The notes under the pieces are model-generated. The model did not search any database and was not told where the DNA came from. It saw only the letters and a program-made list of their open reading frames with translations. The translations under genes were made by a program, and so were the position numbers. Positions 52,666 to 64,000 of a DNA stretch of 64,000 nt are shown piece after piece. This DNA comes from Octopus vulgaris. Its lineage: Eukaryota. The stretch spans positions 88,536,001-88,600,000 of the forward strand of contig OX597823.1 in assembly GCA_951406725.2 (NCBI GenBank). The letters are read 5' to 3'. The number at the start of each line of letters is the position of its first letter. Positions within the stretch are counted from its first letter, which is position 1.

Positions 52666-52961
52666 GGGGGGTGGCCTAGAGGTTAGGGTGTCCGGCGCAG
52701 ATCATAAGGTCCTGAGTTCGATTGCCGATAACATGTTGTGCTCTTGAGCAAGGCACTTTATTTTTCACTTCGATGAAGTCCATTCAGCTGGCAACAAAGG
52801 TGTAGTACCTGTATTTCACACGTCAGACTGACTATCCCTGAAAACTATATTATGGTACCTCTGTCTGTGGCGTGCTCATCCACTAGCAAGCTAATTTCAC
52901 CAGCAGGTTGTTCCGTTAATCGGATCAACTAAATCCCTTCTCGTTTTAACCGGCAGTGCCA
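52666..52961 (+). mobile_element. Chimeric tRNA-derived SINE (family D body, family C tail)
   Basis: A box gtggcctagaggtt, B box gagttcgattgcc. Body ttgagcaaggcactttattt as in 31411; tail gtctgtggcgtgctcatccac..aatttcaccagcagg..cggatcaact as in 45503. Confidence 0.8.
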
Positions 52962-52995
52962 GTTTTATTTATCTACCTATCTATCTCCCTCTTTA

Positions 52996-53034
<39 letters not shown>

Positions 53035-53268
53035 GTGCGTGTGTGTGTGTATGTGTGTGTGTGTGCGTGTGTGTATGTGCGTGTGTGTGTGTATGTATAT
53101 ACAGGGAAAAGGTGACAGAAGTTTTGATTTGCCCACCTTCACCAGACTTTAAAGTCACTGTTAAAGTGTGCCTCGTAAAAATTTTAATAAACGGAAACGT
53201 AGTCAATAATCTTTCAGTTTAATATTAAATTGATCTATATATAACTTGACATAACTTTGTGTGTGTGT

Positions 53269-53299
<31 letters not shown>

Positions 53300-53608
53300 A
53301 GTTTGTTTGTGTGTGTGTGTGTGTAAAGACAGAGTGGATCAAACAGAACATGAGAAAACACGTGTTATGAAGAATCACTGAAGAGGTCACAGGACGTGCG
53401 ACGAAAGATCTCAGACAAAGGGCACTAAAATAACAATAATAATAATAACGCTGAGGCGAAGACTAAGTATTCAGTGGGTGCATATAGTGAGTTTACTTGT
53501 ATATAGTACGTATAATTAGTAAAAAATATGACCACCCCTAAATATAACAATGTCTATTTCAACATCGGATTTTACATCACGGATGTTGCAAAAGAAATAC
53601 ATAAACGC

Positions 53609-53677
<69 letters not shown>

Positions 53678-53746
53678 CATGTGTGTGTATGGATATATTT
53701 ATTTACCTATGTACGTAGGTATGTATGTGTGTGTTGGGGTAGATGT

Positions 53747-54013
53747 GGAGGCACATAGCCTAGTGGTTAGGGTGTTGCACCCACGGTCGCGGGATCGTGC
53801 TTTTAATTCCTAGACCGGGTGGTGCGCTATCTTTCATGTTGCTCTGTTATCACTCAGGCATCTGACACTGTAGACCGTGCACCTATACAGGCAACTTCGA
53901 TTTGATTGAGGGAGTGAGCTAATGTACACATGCATTTGATCTCTATAAAGAAAATCATTTGCGAAATCAGTGGAAGCTGAACACTCATACGTCGCCTTCG
54001 ACGAAATAGTCCA
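53747..54013 (+). mobile_element. tRNA-derived SINE
   Basis: ggaggcacatagcctagtggttagggtg (A box)..ttttaattcctagaccgggt (decayed B box), followed by a distinct body. Confidence 0.7.
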
Positions 54014-54456
54014 TCATTTATATATCTAGATTAAGAAAAAGAAAGTGATGAGGATTGGGATAAAAAAAACTATTTATTCATTGATGTCATCCTTCTCACG
54101 GATTCATCATGAATGGTTTGTTTATAGAGAATTCAAACAAAACAAAATAAAAATGATTCCGGATGAATCCCTCGAAGGGATGAAAGCACTGAATAATTTG
54201 TTATTATCCAAATCCTGACCACTTGTTTTTTCTTAATATATAACAGCTGTACACCACTTCAAACAACCTAGCGATACACACACACGCGTGCGCGCGCACG
54301 CACACGCATACACACACACACACACGCGCGCATACATACATACACATATATATTATTTTCTACAAGAGTATGGAGTAACACGTCAGATTGATGTAAAACT
54401 GTTTCTATTATAATTGAACATAAAACTAAACAATATCTACATATATATATGCATAT

Positions 54457-54571
<115 letters not shown>

Positions 54572-55730
54572 TAAATGTATGCATGTAGTGAGAGACAGAG
54601 AGTGGAATATATTGATTCTTACCATAGGCTCCAGGCTACAATTTTCCAAGTGGATGACAGTGTTATTATCAATTATATCGACACGGGTACAACAACATCA
54701 AGCTAACCCCATTTCATGTAGCATTCTGGTAATCGGAAATCGATATGATATTATCTCCAGGTTGAGCTTGAACCTGATTTCTTATTACCCCTACACTGTT
54801 CCCATTAACCCTTCCTATCTCCTCTTTTAATCTTTCACTTTTTCTCTCCCTTCCTTTTTTTCCCTCTCGTTTTCTTTCCCCTTGATATAACTAAAGTGAT
54901 ATATTCTTATCCTTACAACTTACGATACCGCTTTTATATGGCTATCGATACCGTAAAAGCCACTACACAAAGCTAATGTTCAAACCTCAAAATATCTTAA
55001 TTAAAATGAGGGTCTAAGGGCTTGTATGGGCGTCCGAATCGTTATGATACACACAATATCACAAGGCCATTAAATTTGAACAGAAAATCGACCAGCGAGA
55101 TATACGGTGTATGGAAAAATCTGTTTTACATGTGGCAGAACGAGTAACTTGAGGGGTGTTTATCCCGAAAAATTAAAAGAAAAATGCAAGAAAAACACAA
55201 AAAATACAACGTGGACGAAAATAGCAATAAGGAGCCGAAAGTTTATCGTTTCAGCAGTCGAAGTCTCCGTTGTCAGTCGCAGAGTCTGACTTGGAATCCA
55301 AGAAATCCATTCTTTCAACTGTTGCCAGCGTTGAGTGTGAGTGAGAACGGAAATGGTGTGTCCCGAGTAACAGTAAAAAGTCATATTTCCGCAACACTAA
55401 CCAGCAGCGGAATAATTTCGTTGCCAAGAGATAAGAAAAGGGAATCGCTTGCTCAGAAATCTTTTCAACCCATCGAAAGGGAGGAGGACGCAAAAATGAG
55501 AAAGAACTTTCAGAAAAAAAAAAGCGTTAAATTCCAACGGTAAATAAGAAACTACAATGAGAAAGAGCATGTCCACAAACCAACGATGAACAAAACGAAT
55601 GGATAGAGGGTCAATGACCTAAAAGATTTGATTAAGTTCTGAGAGTTCCTTATTCCACAATTGTTGGAAAATGGGTAAGGCAGTACTTGAAATGATTCTT
55701 TTGAGAATAAACATTTCCTATGCTATAATC

Positions 55731-55762
<32 letters not shown>

Positions 55763-56954
55763 GTATATATGTATATGTATGTATGTATGTATGTATGTAC
55801 ATAGATACATGCATGCATGCAATCATAGTTACAATCGTATATACACATAAATATGTAGGTATAGGGAAAGATAGATAGGTAGATAGGATGAAAGTGAAAG
55901 TAAAGAGACCGTATATATATAGAAATTTGAAAGGAAACATATTTGCCAACCCCAACCCACACATTTCTCATAAACACGCTCCCAGGCTCACAAAATTACA
56001 CGCTCACATGTACGTATACACACAAATCTATGTATATATACATACATGTATATGAGCCGATATACGTAAGCATTAACTCTATAAGCATACATAAAACTAG
56101 TTAATGCTTGACAAACTCCTGCTGGAATGAAACATGTACATTTGTTGTATTCAAAGTAATTGACGAATGCACGCATACCTACGTATATTTCCTTCTACAA
56201 GTTTCTTGACGCCTCTCCCTATCGACGTACATCAAGTAAAAATTGGGTGAGCGAGAAGACAGAGAGAGAAGCCAACGTGTGCACGTCTGTATCTTTATAC
56301 GTGATTGAGTATTTCTATGCATGCGTATATGAATACGTTTGAATTTATGTCAATTTATGACTCCACAATCCCTCCAGTCACCAATAAAATCATGTATCCA
56401 ACTTATCTGTTAATTCAGCTCACATTTTCTTTGTCTCTTTTTCTCTATATATATACACTCACACACGCACGCGTGCATATGTATATCTTTTTAAATCTCA
56501 CTGTTGAATTCCTTCCATATCTATCAATCTATCTATCAATCTATCTATCTATCTATGCCTCAGTATCGAGTGTGTATGCATGCATAATTAACAAGGCTAG
56601 CATTGCCCATTTTACGAGTGCATTATTATACATTTTCTTCTGTGTGGTCTTTGTTTATAATTAACGGCTACCAAGCAAGATTTTCATTTAATATTCATGA
56701 GATTTCTCCGTGCAGAGCAATATCATAGAGTTATACTGCCACCACATATGAGCTCACACACACGTATGCACACACACACACACACAATCATAGTCTATAT
56801 ATACAAATACACGCGCACTTACAGCGTTAACGATCATGTGTGTGCATATATATATGTATATATATATATATACATACATACATACATACATACATACATA
56901 CATAAACGATATATATATATACAGGTATATGCATATACATATATATATTTATAC

Positions 56955-56994
<40 letters not shown>

Positions 56995-57904
56995 GAAGCT
57001 ATGAATATGTGTTTATGTTCATATATTTGTGTGTTGGTACGTTTACGTGATTGTTTGTGCGTACGCATATATATATATACATATACTCACGAGCTATCAC
57101 ACACGTATCACCCACTCTCACCGACATACATAGGCATGTCTATATACATCCATATTATAGATATAAACGAACATACAAGCATAGCTTTACGCTTTCGATG
57201 TGTGATCGTTAACACAACACCGAGCTAAGTGCCACTGTTTATTGTATGATATAAAAGCTACGTGGAGTTTTCTGTTTGCTTGCTTCTGTTTTTTTCCCTT
57301 ACTTAATTTATTATCAATTTTCGTTTTATATTTCCATTTTGCTCGAATACTGGTAGTATCTCGCGCCATAGATCAATGGCCATGCTCTTTGCGTGTAGAG
57401 ATCATCTGATTGCTTCGATCCGCAGTTTATTCAAGTACACTTAGCTTAAAATAGCTAATAGCGTAAATGACATGAATTCCCTTAAGTTAGGAGATAGCAG
57501 GGTTAGATATCTATTTGAAGTTTCAATGCCACAAGGTTAAGCAACTTCCCACCATTTCACTACGAACCAGCGAGTGATGTTTCCACGCAGACACCCGTCT
57601 TGTCAAATTAAAATGAAAGCCACATTGCTATGAAGCATTTATATAGGTATGCGTGCATTCTTCTATTACAGTGACATGAAGTGGGAAGGTCAGATTACTT
57701 TGGAGAATATGTTGTACATGATGTATGTATATATATATATGTATATGTATACACGGTGGTCACATGTTCACAGCCGGAAAGCAACATGTCAACATTGATC
57801 TGCTCCACTAGAGCGGATTTTGGGGAAAACAAGAACATCATAAATAGTGGGGATATATTTTGTGATTATGGTTGAAGGGATGAAATAAATGTTTGTTGGA
57901 AGTA

Positions 57905-58104
57905 TAGATAGATGGCTTCATGGATGGATGGATGGATGGATTATAGGATGGGCGTGGATGGGATAGATGGCCGGATGGAAGGAGAGAGGGAAATTAGGAT
58001 GGGTGGATGTATGGGTGGACGCACGGTTGGCTAGATGAATAAGTGGATGAATGGATGGATAGACCAATGGATCGATGAATGGATAGATGGATGGATGGAT
58101 GGAT
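57905..58104. repeat. Degenerate (GGAT)n microsatellite
   Basis: Direct observation. Confidence 0.85.
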
Positions 58105-61007
58105 CATTATTGAATGACTAACAGAATACAATTTTTTTGTAATGTTCTGAGCTAAACACTGCCTAAGTCCGCTTTGTCTTTAATTTTTGCAAGGTCAAAA
58201 TATCAATTACCAGTTAATTGAATAACTACTCTGATCGATTTAATTAACTTTAGCTTGAATGAGGGGTTTTCAACATACAATAACTTTACTGAAGCCATTG
58301 AAACAAAAGGAAGCGAAACAAACCTTGCTTTATAAATGCACGCATCATAACTGCATGCTTTATAACTGCATGGCCGTTTGAAGTTTTTAGTATTTAATGG
58401 GTGGGTACCACTGATATGGTACCCATTAAATCCTAGGGCTTCCTAACCTGTTGAGAGCTTGTACTAGTTTAGATTTCTTGGAAAGGAAACTCTTAAAGCA
58501 CAAAAGCGCCCCAGAAGAATATTATGAAAGCCAAACGAATCAAATTACCTCCATCCTTCCAAAAATGCTAGAGAAATATTCTGAGAATGCAAGGAAAATG
58601 GAGAATGACTGCGTGGATAACAATTAGTCAGATGAAGCCTTCGTGGACTGCGGAAGAGACTTGACTGGTATGGCGAGTAGAATGCGTAACGTTTCGGGAT
58701 TTTGTCAAACAACAAAGTCTGAAAGGAATCATGTATTTTTCTATAATCTGTTGAAGAGCAAGCGAACCTAATTTTAACATTCTAGTCATTCAGTTAAATT
58801 TATTTCACTTTTCATGAAATCTTATTCTAAAATATACGGACTTTATCACTAATGGAAAGACAACCAATAAATGCGTCTTAATTTTGTTTTTTCTCATTTT
58901 ATTTTCAGAAATACATCTTCGTTACACTGTTTGATTTCACTTTGCTTCTCAATGCAAAACAAGAATATGTTTCTTTATTAAGCCAAAGCGTTAGCACTAG
59001 TTACATATGCCATTTTTTTTTTTATCATGATCTTCCAAAGTATAAACATCTAATTTAAGCACGGGGCTACAAATTTATGAAGAACCGATATAATCGATTA
59101 ACACTGACCTTCCTATATTTCTCATATTCATCCTATCAGCTCAGAAGTGACTTCAAATAGAAATGCCCGTCGTTGACCTCTTCTTCCCAATACTTTCTAT
59201 TGTATTTATAATAGTTTCGTCTCATCTAGACTACCTACCTGCTTGCCATGGCTCCATCTAAACACACTAATGAAATCCTCCTGACCCATTCAATTATGTT
59301 CTATTTTACATTCTTTTATCTCCTCCAGCACCATACTGCCCTCCTTTTAGTCGTCGTCATCACTGCCCTCCTTTTAGTCTTCGTCATCACCGCTCTCTTT
59401 TTTCTTTGTTCCTCATAATTTTAGCCAAACAATCTCCTTACTGTTCGCCCTTCCGTTTTTTTTGTGTCTATAAACTTATTCAGTTGGAATATCTTTTTTT
59501 AAAAAAAAACGATAATCTAAGCAACAAGTGCTCAGCATCTGGACTGGTTACGTTATTGTTGACACATAGCAGATAACTGGTGGTTCTAAGCTATTCATTC
59601 ACTAGTCTTAAAGCAAAACATATCGTCACTGCAAATTTAAGGCTCGGCTTCGTTTTAATATAATGCGTGTCTCCACAACAAATTAATTTTCTTTTTTTCC
59701 TTTTACATACCTTATCGAACTGCAATCATCTTAAAGATACGAGTTGATTGTACACGTTCTGGATTTTTTTTAGAGTTTCGAATAAATATATATTTGGAAA
59801 ACAATTGATAGATTTGATTGTACAAATAGATTTTTTGAAGCTTACGTGTGTGTAGCCTAAAGAAACGATTGTTAGATTTCATTACTTTATGCTGTAATGA
59901 TTATATTAAGGTCATTGTCGTTCTAACTCTTCTTACTATTCAAAGTTATTGTGTGTGCATGTGTGTGTGTGTCTGTGTGTGTGTGTGTGCGTATCTTCAT
60001 ACAAAAATCAAATTTAGAACTGAATGCAATGGGTTATGTTCATAGCAAGTGGTTACAGCTGAGGAGAATCCTCAATCGCTCCTGGTTACGTAAATTCAAA
60101 AACCAAAAAAAGATGCCATACATTCATACCCATACGCACACAGACACACACACAAATCTCGTTTATCTTTTATCCTTCATTTGTTTCAGTTATTAGACTG
60201 CGGCCATGCTGGAGTTTGAATTGGATCAGCTAGCTATCTGTCTATCTATCTATCTATATATATATATATACCCACGCCTACACATGTACATACACACATA
60301 TATGCGTGTGTGCGTGCACACGTGTAAATGTATAATGCACATACGTATATATAAATATATATAAACATTTATATACGCATAAATATATAGTAACATGCAT
60401 ATTATACACGCACACACACACATGCTCACGCACACTCACGCACGCACACACATATACATACATACACACTTACACGTATGTAGTTCCTTGTTATAATAAT
60501 GAAAAAAACACTCTCCATCAATTTATGATCTAAGTATTTTACTTTCGATCGATCGATTCTCCCAATCTCCCACTTCTAACTCTCATCCTCTCAACGTGTG
60601 CCTGCGTGCATAGATATATATGTGTGTATGTGTGTTTGTGTGATTGTATGTGTCTGTGTGCATGTGTAGGCTCTTCGTTATGAATTGCTCTCTCCATCCT
60701 GTGGCTTCCCTTTCTCTCACTCTCCGCTCTCTTTTTCTCTCTTCTCTCTTATCGATTTCAGTGGCCTACACAAAAAGAGCTGCGAGTCAGAATCTCATCG
60801 TTCACTCTGCTGTTCGTCAGTCAACCGTTCCTCATTAACTACTTCACTCTTCCATTCCTACTAGACACACATACAATATATTTATCGTATATCTACACGC
60901 TGTTCTGTCCACTGCCACTACGATTATTACATCGGCAAAAAACACACACCTTCGTGCATTTCTTACATTCAATGTGTTTGTATGCATACAGAGGCATATA
61001 CACGTAT

Positions 61008-61346
<339 letters not shown>

Positions 61347-61551
61347 GCGTACACACATACGGAAGAGAGTGTGAGAATGAGATTTGTATGAAAGAAATAC
61401 AACTGCAGCACATAAAATGTTGGAAAACTGACATGGAATGCAGTCAGGCACATTTCCTAAGTAATATGCTTTAACATAGAAAATCTAGGTTAAGCATGTC
61501 AGCAATACACTACCTATTACGTATATGTATGCATGTATATATGAATGTCGG

Positions 61552-61600
<49 letters not shown>

Positions 61601-61690
61601 GAATACATTTATAGATACATATATATACACGTATATATATAGATAGATAAATACATACATATGTGTATATATATACATATGTTTATATAA

Positions 61691-61728
<38 letters not shown>

Positions 61729-61776
61729 ATGTGCATATGTATATATGTATATATGATATATCTATATATTATAGAC

Positions 61777-61831
<55 letters not shown>

Positions 61832-62440
61832 CAGATAGATAGACTGACAGACAGATTGATAGAAGCGTGTGTCTCTGTAAGCTCCCTACTGTACGTGCAT
61901 TGACAACCAGCATAGCGTTACATCTGCCTGCATCTGTACGCCTTCTACATCTTTATGCCTGTAACCGTTTGCATAAACGCGGCGATGTATGTCTACCGTA
62001 TTGACACTTGTGGAATAACATAGACCATGACTTTAACTATTACAGGTTAAAATTTAACACAGAGTATTTGGTCCCTCGAAAGGTATGGTATATGAATATG
62101 AGGGATTGCAATTTATTTTTTAAAATTTCTAAGCTGACATAATGAAACTACAATATTACTCATCGTAAGACCGGTATATTTCGAAGTATATTAGTGCTGT
62201 TCTGGAACCAATCAGGAAGTGGGACATTCATACAATGATTATTATTAAACATTGAAAACGAATTTCTTATTGCTTATACAAAATGATGAAATGCATAATA
62301 ATTTTCCGAAGAAATTTTGTTCTCACCTTAAAATAGAATTAAAATAATATGAATTTTTCATTTTTATAGTTGCAATAAGCAAGTTATTAATTTTCTAAAT
62401 TTCATCAACTTAATGGCGAACTCTTCCGTGGTAAAAACGC

Positions 62441-62802
62441 ATTCTTTTACTTGTTTCAGTCATTTGACTGTGTCTATGCTGGAGCACCGCCCTTAGTCAA
62501 GCAAATCGACCTCAGGACATACTTTCTAAGCCTAGTACTTACTATATCGGTGTATTTTGCCAAACTGGTAAGTTAGTGGGACGTAAAAACACCAACATCG
62601 GTTATCAACCGATGGTGACGGGGACAAACACAGACGCACATATACATGTATGTATATATATATATATACAGGCTTTGGTCGGTCCGAGGCTATAGTAGAA
62701 GACACTTGCTCAAGATGTCACGAAGCGGGACTGAACTTGGAACTATTTGGTTGGTAAGTAAACTGGTAAGTAAACTACTTACCACACAGCCAATCCTACG
62801 TG
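62441..62802 (-). mobile_element. SINE family A
   Basis: ttcttttacttgtttcagtcatttgactg..ggagcaccgcc..ggctttggtcggtccgaggctatagtagaagacacttg..cttaccacacagcca. Confidence 0.88.
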
Positions 62803-62954
62803 TATTTTTTCAGAAGGTTTTCTGCAATTCTTGTGTTAATTCCTTCTCATCCTCTCTCAAAACTAGTGATTGTCAACCAGGATCTATATGGCCCCTGGGC
62901 GTCGATATAAGATTCTGTTTATATGCAATAAACTTGGTATACTTCTAGATTACA

Positions 62955-63311
62955 TTCCTTTTTATTTGCTTCAGTCATTTGATAGCCGCCATGATGGGCA
63001 CCGCTAGTCGAACAAACTTCCCCAAGAACTTATTTTTTAAAAGCCTAGTACTCATTGTATCGTTTTATTTGGGGGTGGGGGCAACCGCTATGTTACAGGG
63101 TCGGAAACACACCAACACCGGTTATCTCGTTGGTGAGAAAACACAGACACAAAGGCACACACACACACAGACAGATTGACAGAAAGACACAGCTTTAGAC
63201 GGCCCGAGGCTACAGAAGAAAGCACTTGCCCAAAATCTCACCCAGTTGGACTGAACTCTGAACAGTGTGCTGGGGAAGTAAGGTTCTTAACATACAGCAA
63301 TGCCTGCGCCT
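62955..63311 (-). mobile_element. Degenerate SINE family A
   Basis: tttgcttcagtcatttgatagccgccatg..ggcccgaggctacagaagaaagcacttgccc..cctgcgcct. Confidence 0.8.
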
Positions 63312-63439
63312 GTTTTAACAATTTTTTTAATCTTATACAATTCTTAATAATATTTAATTATGAAAACGTATTATTTTTTTTAATATGAAATGGCTAAGAG
63401 GACACAGTCGAGTAAAATATGGATCAAAGTGATCAAATT

Positions 63440-63610
63440 TTTTGTTTTAAAGTGAAGAATCAACGGAAATGCAAGACCCAGGAATTCATAGTGCACAACG
63501 GAACAGAGGCAACCTTAGAATCTCTGAAGCCATCCTCATACACCAAAAGAAACCTAAAATCAACAATAGAAGGGAGTTACGTGAAGCTATCTGGTTGCTA
63601 TGGCAACACT
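63440..63610 (+). pseudogene. Penelope-like element GIY-YIG endonuclease C-terminal remnant
   Basis: ORF 63469 encodes LRISEAILIHQKKPKINNRRE, matching the PLE C-terminal pattern LxIxEAxxIxxxxPxLN. Confidence 0.6.
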
Positions 63611-63876
63611 ATTCTGCGCGTGTCCGCTCCACACACGCCCACATACACACGCACATTGGCATCATTAGTCAATTTCTTGAAAATGGGTTCATAACCACGA
63701 AATATTGAATACAAGGTTAGTGTACATTAATTCCCATATTTGTTTGCTTATGATTTACTTTGCATTTACTTCGCATTGTTTTGGCTTTAACCACGATCAA
63801 TATATTCTACACAATACTTCATAGTAATTATTTTACATATATATAAATATATATGTATGTGTGTGAGAGAGAGAGT

Positions 63877-64000
63877 GTATGGCGGACTTCTTTCAGTTTC
63901 CGTCTACCAGACTCATTCAGAAGGCTTTGCTTGACCCGCAGCTGTAGTAGAAGATAGTCGCCCAAGGTGCCACTCAACGGAATTGAACCCAGGATCAAGT
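63877..64000 (-). mobile_element. SINE family A, 5' part (runs off the window)
   Basis: cggacttctttcagtttccgtctacca..gtagtagaaga..gcccaaggtgccac..tgaaccc. Confidence 0.85.

Noticed and set aside
59335-59391. 27-bp tandem duplication (similar small ones near 13608, 17329, 50221)
   Set aside because: Ordinary slippage duplications.

Overview
AT-rich, gene-poor animal DNA with no convincing host protein-coding exon. Nearly all listed ORFs are translations of microsatellites ([16 protein letters not shown], poly-I). The SINE families resemble, from my recall rather than a search, those of octopus (coleoid cephalopod) genomes. The window is therefore best read as intergenic or long intronic cephalopod sequence. 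Supported content: (1) one near-complete mariner (DD34D) transposon at 12342-13587 with 37-bp TIRs and a TA target duplication, disabled by a single in-frame TGA and a short C-terminal deletion; (2) more than 20 copies or fragments of several tRNA-derived SINE families, some nested or interrupted; (3) 3' fragments of CR1-group LINEs, one sharing a covarying stem-loop tail with the commonest SINE; (4) a pogo/Tigger-type MITE and a candidate solo LTR; (5) Penelope-like remnants, namely a GIY-YIG C-terminus and fold-back termini; (6) several minimal type I hammerhead-ribozyme-like motifs, some with non-canonical cores; (7) a tRNA-Glu pseudogene, two minisatellites and many microsatellites. The hammerhead-like motifs and the SINE/LINE tail pairings are the most interesting signals. 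I see no solid evidence of a novel protein-based system.
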